A DNA stretch of 44,030 nt from Polymyxa betae A26-41 (GCA_003693705.1 RBZT01000519.1:1-44030), one strand, 5' to 3'; positions 1 through 11,171 are shown, counted from the first letter of the stretch. Translations and numbers: made by a program. Notes: generated from the sequence alone by a model not told the origin.

Positions 1-1194
1 CTGTTGACTCTGCCGGTACATTTATTCTTCATATAGTTCCACATGTTTTGCAGGATATTGGCCCATTGAAAGGGATTGAATGGAATTTCTGGTCGGAGCG
101 TTTCATGCGACCTTTAAAGTCAATGAACCACGCCACGAGGGGACAATCTGTCAACATCATGAACAATTACTCTGAGCAAGTTGCAATTTCTTGTTTTAGG
201 TTGGTTCAGTAGAATCAAACACGGGACAAATTTGCTCAATTTTCCGCTAGGCTGCAGCACTACGATCGATACACCTCGCAGGAAAACAGATTATGGACGT
301 TTGGGGAAACAAAGATTGGAGGATTACAGCAAGGACATCGACGAACTGCCGACAGAGCCAAAGGTTTTTGATCCGAAAGATTTGCAGCTAGGTTAAGGGC
401 GGGCTAGGTGTTACAACGAATTGCTTTGACAAATTTGATCAGGTCGTTTGCATGAAGACATGTATCTCAGGATCGATGAGTATCGCCGCTGCGTAGTAAC
501 CTTGAATTCCAGCCTTGAGAAACCTTATTCAGACAGAAGACTGGCGACGGAACCAATCCTTTTCATGAGCACCACGAGAAGCTAATTGATCACTTAAGAA
601 GCAATGGTTTCCACGAAATTTTTCTAAACGCGCTACAAGGTAAGGTGGCTTTTCGTTTGAGGTAATTCGAAATCATAATTATGCAATAAAACTTTGGGAT
701 TTACTTCAGATTTATTATGATGTACAGCTGTTGTTGATATAGTTTGTTCAGGCAATATCGCCAGTCTCACCAAAATTATGCACAAAGGGAAGCTTTTTAG
801 GTCAAAAGATTAAGAACGTAAACGAGCTTTAAAGAGTAGTAACCACATGATGCAAATCAAGATAGAATCATCATGTTCTTCTAAGCATTTCACCTGGTTT
901 GCTTCGGTAAACTGGTTCACCATGTTGACCATCAAAGACGACATGGAGCCCTTGGTAATGGTGTTTGTGGATTGGTATAAGTCGCCGGAGAGCCCAAAGG
1001 TCGGCCATGGAACCAATAAGGAGACAGGCTTGCCCGTGATTGAACCCATGTCCAAAGCTGAAAACAATAAATGGTCCAGATGGGTGTTCAGTGACAACAT
1101 CGAGCCAGTCAACATCATGCTCGGCAAGCTCCCTGAAACAAGATACTATTTCGCAATTAGGATGGGACATAGAGAAGAGCTAGGAATAAAATGA
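1..1194 (+). pseudogene. C-terminal remnant of a CMC/EnSpm(CACTA)-like transposase, truncated by the window start
   Basis: With one frameshift, 1-170 reads LLTLPVHL/LHIVPHVLQDIGPLKGIEWNFWSERFMRPLK, resembling the H..H....GP....W.F..ER motif of CMC transposases. ORF 847-1194 (LVMVFVDWY) resembles their C-terminal beta domain. Possible intron near 640-709. Confidence 0.55.
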
Positions 1195-1475
1195 AATTAC
1201 AACTTTGAGTTTATTACAATAAAACGAAGAGCGAGAAAAAAAGAAAATTTTCCATGTAAAAGCAGCAGCAGTACCAAAACAGAATCAGGCCGCCTGAGCT
1301 GCTTCAGGACTAAACAGACGAGCAATAGAGGAACCAGGTCGAGCCAGCCCAGCAGCTTCAGCGCAAAGAGCAACAGCTCGGGCAAGTTCAGCTCAGACAG
1401 CAGCGACCCGAGCAAACTGAACAGCAGCAACGACCAGTGGAAGCAAGCAATAGATTTAGAGAAAGATCAATGCAA

Positions 1476-3904
1476 TAATAAACTGAGAAAGAGAATATTT
1501 TTCAAAAATGGGCAGCATCCACCCTAGCCGATAATAGTTTGAAAGCTTACTTTCGATTCGAATACTATATCGCTACGAAAACGCGAACCGCAACAACCTA
1601 AACACGAGAACAATCAGTAGAAGAAGGAGAAGCTATAGAACAAACGATGAGCAATGTTAGATTGGCCCAGATGGTACTGCAAGCGAAAAGGAGAAATCAT
1701 GGGCCGCATCAGCGACGAGACCCATTAAAATAGAAAGATAAGTTCATTTTTAAAAGCAACCAACTGATTTAAAAGTTGCAGAAAACTTTAAAACCCTAAA
1801 TAAACTGAGAACAGAGAAAATTTCAAAAATGGGCAGCATCCACCCTAGCAGATAAAAAAGCTTAGAGATTACCATTAGTTCGATGCCATTACATCCACGA
1901 AAATTCGGGCCGCCTTGATCTATACACGAGGATCATTAATACAAGGTGGGCGAACTTTAAAATAAACAAACAGCAATGTCAGATGAGCCCAAAAGGCCCT
2001 GCAAGCGAAAGGAGAAATCGAGCGCCCCATCAGTGACGAACCCAGAAAAATAAAAAGACAAAAGCATTTGTAAAAGCAACCAGCAGATTTACAAGTTGAA
2101 TAAAACGTTTTTAAACATTAATAAACTAAGAAAAAGAAAATTTCAAAATTGGGCAGCATCCACCCTACAATATAAAAAAAAATTAGGGAGTACTTTTGAT
2201 TCGACACCATCACCTCCACGAAAACTCGGGACGCCCAGATCTATACACAGGAGTTGTCAGCACAAAGCATACAATATTTAGCATTAACAAACAGCAATGT
2301 TAGATGGGCTCAGAAGGTGCTGCAAGCGAGAAGCAGAAATAGTGCGTCCCATCAGTGACGAAAACCTTCGATAAGGACAGCAAACAACTGATTTAAAAGT
2401 TGAATAAAACGTTTATGAACATTAATAAACAAAGAAGAGAGCAATTTCTAAAATTGGGCAGCATCCACTCTAAAATATACCAAAATTTAGAGACTACTTT
2501 TGATTCGACACCATCACCGCCCCGAAAACACGGCACGCCCCAATCTATACACAAGAATAGTCAGAACAAAGCATACAAACTTTAGCATAAACTAACAGCA
2601 ATGTTAGATGAGCCAAGAAGGCACTGCAAACGACAAAAAGATATCGTGCGTCCCATCAGTGACGAAAACCTTTGAAATAGAAAGACAAAAGCATATGTCA
2701 AAGCAACCTACTAATTTAAAGGTTGCAGAAAGCGTTTATAAACATTAGTAAACTGATCAGAGAGAAATTGTAAAATTTGGCAGCATCCACCCTAAAATAC
2801 AAAAAAAAAGTACCTTTGATTCGATGCCATTACCGCCACGAAAACTCGGGCGCCTCGAACTATACATGGGAACAATCAGCACAAGGTATGCAAACTTTAA
2901 AATAAAAACAGAAATGTTAGATGAGCCCAGAAGGCCCTGCAAGCGAAAAGGAGAAATCGAGCGCCCCACCCCATCAGTGACGAACCCAGTAAAATAGAAA
3001 GACAAAAACATTTGTAAAAGCAATCAGCAGATTTTCATGTAAACATTAATAAACTAAGAAGAATGAAAATTTCAAAATTGGGCAGCATCCACCCTAAAAT
3101 ATATAAAAATATATAGAGAGTACTTTTGATTCGACACCATCACCGCCACGAAAACTCGGGACGCCCAGATCAATACATTAGAGTAGTCAGCGCAAAGTAT
3201 ACAATCTTTAGCATAAACAAACTGCAATGTTAGATGGGCTCAGAAGGCCCTGCAAGCGAAAAGAAGAAATCGTGCGTCCCATCAGTGACGAAAACCTTTG
3301 AAATAGAAAGATAAAAGCATAAGTAAAATCAACCTACTTATTTAAGCGTTGCAGAAAACTCTAAAAACATTAATAAACTGAAAAGAGAGAAAAAATTTCA
3401 ATATTGGGCAGCATCCACCCTAGAAGATAAAAGCATTAACAGAGTACCTTTGATTCGATGCCATCACCGCAACGAAATCTCGGGACGCCCCGAACTATAC
3501 ACGAAAACAATCATCACAGGCATCAAAAATTACAGGTTGAACAAAAAACATTGCTAGTCTGGCCCCCGAAGGCCCTTCTAGCGGAAATGTGAAATCAAAT
3601 GCGTCCACCTGTGACAAGACCGAAGCTAATGAACAGAAAAAGCATTCTCAAACGCAGCCAACTGCTTTATAACTATAGAAAACCTAAACTTATAGAGCAC
3701 TAATAAACTGAGAAGAGAGAAAAATTTCAGTAAGGGTCAGCATCCACCCTAGCCGATAGAGCAAAAACGTACCGATTCGAAGCCAAAATCGCCAGCAAGA
3801 ACCCAGACCGCCACAACCTATACACGAGAACAATCAGTCCAAGACGTATAGTCTCATGAAAGAACAAGCAGCAACGCCAGACAGACCTGAAGGGGCCACT
3901 CAGC
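1476..3904. repeat. Tandem array of 8 diverged ~300-330 bp units, running into the assembly gap
   Basis: Anchor GGCAGCATCCACCCT recurs at ~1510, 1831, 2151, 2456, 2778, 3080, 3406 and 3735 (spacings 321, 320, 305, 322, 302, 326, 329). Other shared blocks: TAAACTG, GATTCGA, CTATACAC, GCAATGTTAGAT, CTGCAAGCGAAA, CATCAGTGACGA. Confidence 0.95.
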
Positions 3905-4064
3905 NNNNNNNNNNNNNNNNNNNNNNNNNNNNNNNNNNNNNNNNNNNNNNNNNNNNNNNNNNNNNNNNNNNNNNNNNNNNNNNNNNNNNNNNNNNNNNNN
4001 NNNNNNNNNNNNNNNNNNNNNNNNNNNNNNNNNNNNNNNNNNNNNNNNNNNNNNNNNNNNNNNN
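3905..4064. other. Assembly gap (160 N)
   Basis: Run of N; contiguity across it is not guaranteed. Confidence 1.
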
Positions 4065-4331
4065 TTAGGAGATGGGATCACTCTACACTCAACGTTCATT
4101 GATAAATCAACCAAAGCCAAGTCAGAACAACATTCAAACTTTATAGTTTTACATCAAATTTTATTTGCAAACCATTGCAATTGCAATTTCGCATTAAAGG
4201 GCAGTTAGAATAGGAAAGGACGCAGATTTTTGCGGATGGTCTCACATTGCTGATCCTGGATCCGGAGCGCACTTTGGCAAAATTGCAGGTTTTTTGCAGG
4301 TCTCGATCCAAAAGGCTGATTTCCGCTGCGT

Positions 4332-4590
4332 TTGGCAGAATGCCGCAGGATAAAGCATGTCAGGGCAGACCTGCGCAGTTCCGGTGTCCTGGACTCTGGT
4401 GCTTCTGCTACTTTCATGGACCGCAACTTTGCTCGACTACACGGCATCGCTGCTGTTCCCCTACCACGCGAGATACCGGTTGAAGTCATTGATGGGCGCC
4501 ACATAGATCCCATTATGTCGGAAACCGTCGATTGCCAGCTGACCATCGATCATCTCACTTGCAACCTTCGTTTCCTCATAGCCTATACGA
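4332..4590 (+). pseudogene. Ty3/Gypsy aspartic protease fragment
   Basis: VLDSGASATFMD...IPVEVIDGR retropepsin motif. Confidence 0.8.
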
Positions 4591-4621
4591 TAAATGGCAG
4601 CGTGCGATTGAACCCGACGCT

Positions 4622-5270
4622 GCGTTAATCTCTTTCGGAGCTCATCAAATGCTCGCTGATGGTACTCATTCCAATGCCATTCAGCCTTTTTACTGCTAAA
4701 GTCCGTGAGCGGAGCAGCTATAGAGGCGAATTCCGGAATCAAAGAGTGGTAGTATCCGTCGAGCCAAAGGAAAGTTTTGAGTTGCTTTTTGTTTTGCGGA
4801 ACAGGATATTGTTCCACCGTTTGAACAAGACGTCGATCGGAACGAATACCGTCCCTGTCAATGTTATGTCCGAGATAAGTCACCTGAGTCTGGAACAAGT
4901 GTGTCTTGTTCGGATTCACCATGAGTTGTTCGCGCAGCCGTGAGAAGTCGCGATCCAAACGCTCCATGTGTTCCTGTTCGTCCTAAAATATATGATAACG
5001 TCGTCCATGTATACTAAACAATCAACATAATTCAGGCCATTCAGAGCATTGTTCATCTACCGACAGTACGCTGCCGGCGCACACTTCAGCCCGAAAGGCA
5101 TTGAGTTCCACTCAAACAGCCCTTCACCGATGACGAAAGCTGTCTTCGGGCGGTCTTCCTCCGCAACGGGAACCTGCCAGTATCCTGACTCCATTTCAAA
5201 GACCGAGAAGAACCTTGCACCCGACATTGCCGCAAGAACGTTATCCACGCGAGGGATAGGGAGCATCCAT
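4622..5270 (-). pseudogene. Ty3/Gypsy reverse transcriptase fragment
   Basis: LPIPRVDNVL...GYWQVPV..EDRPKTAF...MPFGL; YMDD near 5000-5011; YLGH...FASIAAPLT...AFDELRKRLT. Confidence 0.9.
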
Positions 5271-5344
5271 TACTGTCACATGGTTGAGCCGATTGTACGC
5301 CTTCTTCTTAGTCAGAACCACACCCGCCGCCCATTGACTTTTTG

Positions 5345-6985
5345 ATGGTGGTATATGCTGATTTTTCAGTAACTGTTCAACTGTATCCTTTACATATTTC
5401 TCCAGGGTGTAGCTGCGGCTTTTTGGAGAGTTACTCGGGTTATCTCTAGACCTGTTTCTAAGTCTATCGATGTGTATAGTGCTGAGACATCAATTGTAGC
5501 TAAACATGGTCTTTTTTTAAGGCCTTTAATTGACAGTTGCTCCAATTCTTGTATCAACTGTAATCTATCCATTAATACATGTTTGTATTTTTTAATGATA
5601 GGTAATAGCTAGGCATGAAGCCATTTAGCCGCTTTGGTCGTGTACATGAGTGGTTTGGAATTATTGGCCTTACTCCAATCGGAGTTTTGTGTATTTTAGG
5701 CATTAAATAAAATTCCGGTGTTACAATGGTGTTCATTTTCGCATTGTAAAAATATAGGGCTGATTTCCAATGTTTCTTGCATATATTACGCAGTTCCAGA
5801 AGAATTTTATTTTCTGGATTAAATGCCTTTTCTTTTATTGCAAGATAAGTTTCCTCATCTTTCAGATGATCTGTTGCTTTTCCAACATACCATTGCTTGG
5901 GCATTAACGTCATTCCTGCATTTTTATCTGCCATTTTAATGAAGATTTGTCTATTTAATAAACATTCCTGTAAATTTTTATAAACATTTACAGTTTTGGT
6001 GCTATATTTGGAAAATATCGAGTCAGATAATTCCATTGCGGTAGGTTTCATGTTCCAGAAACTATCCCATAATTGTCCAATTGATGTGCTAGAGCAAAAA
6101 CTGTCGAACCCGAAAAAGTCCGAAATAGTATCTACCATTTCATCCGTGATAGTATTTTCCACAAGAAATTCTTGCTGTTTTTTATTGAAAATGATACCAC
6201 TGCCCGAGCCTGTGTTTACTAGGCTGTCTTAGTTTTCTTTGCCGGGCCTTTGCGCGCACTCTGCAACGAATTTATTACCACATTGCAACAGTGCGTACAA
6301 TGTTTTGGGGATATGTATTTTACCAATTATATTAATTGGCCCCACGCTTACCTGATTGTTTTGGGGATTTTTCTTTCCGCCAGGTTTTCCTTTGTGCTGC
6401 GCTTTCTCCTGTTTCTTTTGTTGTTGAGGAGGGTCCACTTTCTGCGTTTGGGCTTGAATGTGGGCTTCCGCGGTAGCTTTTTCGACTATCCAATTTGCGG
6501 TTTCCTCCTGCAGACAAACTTCTATCGTTAACGTACTCGTTTCAGCTGAACCAGCCTTAAAAACTTTCTGCTCATTGATAGCACCCTTGAGTTTTTCAAG
6601 GATGTTTTCATATTTAAGTTCGTCTTCTGCTTTCTGGATGATTTCTCCATTTTTTTCAAGGCTTTTTCCTTGAAAAGACGGTTTACTTGAGCCATTAAAG
6701 ACTTTTTTCGTCCGGTTCCAACATAGCATCAAGTCTTTTTGGAATTTTTTCCAAGAAGAATCCTGCGGTCCAAGTATTTTTGTCCGCAACAGTTTGGCCA
6801 TTTTCAAGGTCAATTTCCATGATAAGGTCCGAAGACCAGGCATGTAATTCTTCGAAGACTTTTTTGAATCCGAAGATTTTTTTTACTGTTGCAATAACTG
6901 CGGGCAATATGCCATTGACAATGAGTACAATGACATTTTTCATTGCCGAAGGTGCACGGCCAATGATTGGGTCAGAAGCCTCCAT
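5345..6985 (-). mobile_element. Penelope-like element: disrupted RT ORF with long N-terminal extension, 3'-truncated
   Basis: LLQCGNKF, IKMADKNAG, YLMPKIHK..IGVRPII and TIDVSALYTSI are typical PLE RT motifs. ORFs 6229-6843 and 5572-6162 are in one frame, separated by a single TAA. No GIY-YIG domain is visible because the element is truncated. Confidence 0.85.
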
Positions 6986-7230
6986 TGATGATTCAGGGTT
7001 TGAGTTGTTGAATTAGCGCGACGACAACCAGAATGAACTGGAAATGACCGTAAATGCTCTTTTATAGGCTATTTAATATTAGGGCCGGCCATATATTGAA
7101 AAAATCGAAATTTTATTTTTTCAAGTTAAGTCGATTACACTTATTCCGGACTACGGCTGACGCCTAGATCCTCCTGAATCGGTGTTGATAAGTGCATTTT
7201 TTTGCCTTATCGCGACATAGCTCATTCCAT

Positions 7231-7265
7231 GCGACCTGGTTTCGGACTTCGCCTCATCAGGCCGC
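7231..7265 (-). ncRNA. Minimal type I hammerhead ribozyme-like motif 5' of the Penelope-like ORF
   Basis: Minus strand GCGGC-CTGATGA-GGCGAAGTCC-GAAA-CCAG-GTC-GC: core CUGAUGA/GAAA/GUC in correct order, with short stem II and minimal stem III. Stem I is weak. Confidence 0.6.
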
Positions 7266-7909
7266 CGCGCTGGTTGCCCGTCACTACGAGATCATGGGAA
7301 TCTTGTGTGACGGCCCCTTTTCGCACATCTGTACGGTATTTGTGTACTATTGTGTTTATTGGGTAACTTCGTAGTTTCAGTTGGGTGATTTGCATCACTT
7401 AGTTCTACGGTATTCCTTCGATGGATGGTTTCTCCACTTAGGTCCCGCTTGCGCATGGTGCCGGGACCGGATAACATTAGCGTCGACGTCCGTGTCGATC
7501 AAAGCCACAGATTCCAATGATCAGAACCGCACCTGAGCCATCGCAGACGCTGAACAGCAGCAGCTGGTAGATGGTCTATCGGAACCTACAGCCCCTGGGT
7601 CCCAGGGGGTTGGGGCGGCTGTAGCTTCCCAGTGTCCTCAGGCAGAGGACCCACGACCGGAATCGCCGGCCTTGTTGGAGTCACCTGTGGAGTTTTCAGG
7701 CCGATTGGGACACTCCGTCACAAAATGTCCGCGTTCGCGGCAGTGTCGACAGTGAGATCGTTTCGGTGCCTTTTAATAGTCCCTGAAACTGTGATAATTC
7801 GTCTGACAAGTTCGACAGGAATAGCCCTTGTCGCCGTTGGAGCAACCTTGACGCTCCGGGGTATTTGAATAAACTGCAATGCCAGTCGATTTTGTGCCCC
7901 TGAGACATC

Positions 7910-9900
7910 TCAGAATGCGTTCACTGACCTGATACTGCTTGGGGTCGGATTCTCAACAAATCTTGCACATTTGTTCACGGCAGCCGCAATGTCGGGTCTG
8001 CATGTAGTCGCCATGACGTTTAGTCGTCCAATAAGTTCTTGATAAGGGAATTTGGTAGCTGAAACAGGTTCATTTGGCTTCTCGAGTTCATCACTCTTGC
8101 TCATTGGTACTTGCTCTGCAATGCAGTTCTCAATCTTGAATAATTTTAAGGTCGCATCAATGTAGGATTCCAGTGAGAATGAAGTCCTCCCTCTTGTTAC
8201 AATCTTCAGTCCAAGAACATGAGTCGCCATAAATCTTGCATTTGGTACTCGGAGCTCAGGATGTTCTTCACGATTTTCAGTTCTTCAAACTGCTCGCCAA
8301 TATAAGTAGATCATCAACATATAATGCCAAAATAACTAAAGCTTCTCCATTCCGTTGCACTAACAGACACGGATCAACAGAACAGTTGCGGAACTTGAGT
8401 TTGGTCTTAAGAAATCCGGTCACGGTCTTCCACCACTCTATTCCAGCTTGGCGCAATCCGTTTACAGCTCGCAGAAGTTCACAGACTAGTTCTTCACAAC
8501 CTTCGTCATTTCTTCGATAACCTTCAAACTGTTCCATGTATATCTTCTCGCGCAATCTTGCGTTCAGGAACGCGGTTTTTAACATCCATCTGATGAACCT
8601 CACATCCGATCTGCGCTCCAATCCCGAACACCAATCGAAGTCCAGCTGGAGAAACTACAGGTGCAAACGTATCATGGAAGTCGATTCCTTGCTGTTGTGA
8701 ACATCCCTTTGCAACCAATCTGGCCTCGAATGACTTCAACTTTCCATACTCGTTCCTATTATTTGCCTACACCCACTTGCAGCAAACAATATTGACTCCG
8801 ATCGGCCTCTTCACCAGTTTCCATGTTGCATTTTTCTCATGGCTTTTCAGTTCCTCACATTCAGCTCTTTTCCAGCTTTCAGCTTGTAGTGATTTCATAG
8901 CATCATTTCGACTCTTCGGTGCTTCAATCGCCAAATGCACAAACTCCTTATGAAATCAGTGTGACTCTCTTCTCTCTCGGGTTGAGCACCTCTTGCCTTC
9001 ATTATGATCGTCTATCTCCTTGTCCTCACCTCCATCATCATCTTGGATCGGATTCTCTTCTCGAGCGGTCTCGTACTCGTTCTCGTCGATATTTTCGCGT
9101 TGTGCAGCTCCTTTGGGAATGTTCTTGCCCTCCTCATTAGTTTGTTTTGGTGGAAATCGTTGTTTTAGATCACATTCTGGAAAATCTGTCGCCCATTATC
9201 GCCCTCCTGATTGATCTCATAGTCTTGGTCATTCTTCGCTTCGACAAATTTCTCGCCTCATGCCGTGATCAGGCTTCCGTTTTTTTGTCGAATCAGATAT
9301 CCGCTTTGGTTTGCAGCAACTCCAACGAAACGACCCTCTTGGCTTTGAAAATCAAGCTTGTTACGCTCCGCCTTCGGAATGTAGTAAACTGCCTTCGCTC
9401 CTAAATCTTTATCTACTTCATGTCCGGGGACTTGCCGAACCTCACTTCATAAGCTGAAAGAAAATTCAATGTACTGCTAAGGCTTCTATTCCGAACGTAT
9501 GCAGCATATATCACCGCCACAACCCAACATGATTTTGGAAGCCTGGATTGCGCCAGAAGAGATCTCGCTCCTTCAACTATAGTCCGATTGGCACGTTCAG
9601 CAATATAGGGTTCTGTTGTGGATTGCGGGGCTCCGTCCCTGTTTGACGGATTCCGCGGTCTCGGCAAAACTGCTGGAACACCCGACTCAGATATTCGCCA
9701 TCGTTATTCGAATGCAACCGTTTTGGCAATTTCCTCCCGAATTCGGTTTCCAGTAACGCCACAAATTGTTTAAGCCTAGGAAACACTTCAGATATCTGAC
9801 GAATCGGAAATACACTGATATGTCGGCTCTTATCGTCAATAAATGTTACGAAGTATCGCGCGCCTGCAGTCCCTTGAACAGGAAATGGTCCACACACATG
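7910..9900 (-). pseudogene. Ty1/Copia pol remnant (integrase-RT)
   Basis: HVCGPFPV..RYFVTFIDD; DGEY; AERANRTIVEGAR; ARLVAKG.SQ.QGIDF.DTFAPV; HQMDVK; LYVDDLLI; YQELIG.L...RPDIA. Multiple frameshifts. Confidence 0.9.
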
Positions 9901-10556
9901 GGATGGAGACCTGTAAACCTCTGACGACGCCTTTTGTGGTGGGGGCGAGGCTGACTCGCCACGACGGCGACGTCTCGAAATATCCTTACTCACAGGCTGT
10001 CGGCTCTTTGATGTACTTGATGAAAGGAACAAGGCCTGACCTGGCTCATGCGGTTGGAGCCGCGTCTCGTTTCAGCAACAATCCAGGCCCTGAGCACGTC
10101 TCGTCCTTAAAGCGCATCATGCGATATCTACAAGGCACGATGGAGCTATCTATCTAGTATGGTGGCCGACCCCAGACATTGACCAGTTATGTAGACCGCA
10201 AGTAGACGACCGGGTACGCGTTCCTGCTGAGCAGCGGTCCCGTCAGCTGGAGCAGCCGGCGACAAGGGTGTGTTGATCTGTCGACGACCGAAACCGAGTA
10301 CGTGGCCATGGGACGGCGACAAGAGAGACAATCTGGCTACTCACTCTCCTCGCCGAGGTGGGCTGCGCGCAGACAGAGGCCACGCCCATGCACGAGATCA
10401 ACCGAGATGCGATCACTGCAGCGACGAGCGAGAGTCAAGTCGACGAACGAAGCACATAGACGTGAGGTGCCACTACGTTCGAGAGGCCGTGAAAAAGTGC
10501 GCAGTGAAATCTATCTACTGCCCATCGGAGATTATGTTGGCGGACATTTAAACTAA
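9897..10556 (+). pseudogene. Ty1/Copia RT C-terminus/RNase H remnant
   Basis: GMETCKPLTTP..YSQAVGSLMYL..TRPDLA..RIMRYLQGT; RTKHIDVR.HYVRE..YCPSE.MLADI. Confidence 0.85.
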
Positions 10557-11171
10557 CGCGATCCCGGCACAGCGATTTCCCGTGCCCATCTCCTACACGG
10601 AAACGTCGCGTCGACGGACTGGAGTGCAGAATGTGAGCGTCGACCCAACCACTAGCTCGGAGCATTCCAGCCCCCCAAACGCGGCCTCCTTCGGTTGACG
10701 CCACGGCGAACGAAATAATACATAATAACAGCCGATGCGTGTCTTGGTCTACCCTGCGCTCCCAACAGTCGTAGAGCTTGTCGAAGACAAAGTTAACGGT
10801 CAATGACGACAGGGAATAACAAGTCTGGGAGCGACGACAAGCAGTCTACGACCAAGGGATCTCAACAATTTCTGATAACTCGCTTTGTAGTTCCTCATCG
10901 TGCTGTTTACTCCGGGCCTTGCCCATCGGCACATTATCCTGGTGCTTGATCGACGAATACGCCAACACAGACTGAATCGGATTGTCCGTGGGACGCGCCG
11001 TGAAGACCGTGACTGGAGCTTAACCGTTCAGTCTTTCCCGAGGCATATGGTTTAGGGTGTGCTGAATATTTGCGTTCAACCACGTCCAGTATTTATGTCC
11101 CATTATTAGCTCTGATAATGAAGCCCTCACTAATTGTAATTTATTTGTATTTATAACCTCAATACTACATC

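Noticed and set aside
2096-3023. Short ORFs within the array as real genes
   Set aside because: Frames are not preserved between units, and substitutions between units 1 and 6 showed no clear codon-position bias.
2020-3295. Hammerhead ribozyme in the array units (CTGATGG / GACGAAA)
   Set aside because: The CUGAUG-like and GAAA-like parts lie on opposite strands, so the core cannot form.
1500-3740. Sm-binding site (AUUUUUG/AAUUUUG) in the array, implying snRNA or SL RNA
   Set aside because: Present in only 4 of 8 units (1, 2, 3, 6), and no U1/U2/U4/U5 or SL hallmark was recognised.
1476-3904. CRISPR array
   Set aside because: Units are ~320 bp and homologous along nearly their whole length; eukaryotic context and no cas genes.
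1476-7265. Array and Penelope-like RT as one element
   Set aside because: They are separated by an N gap and unrelated Gypsy fragments, and no shared sequence was found.
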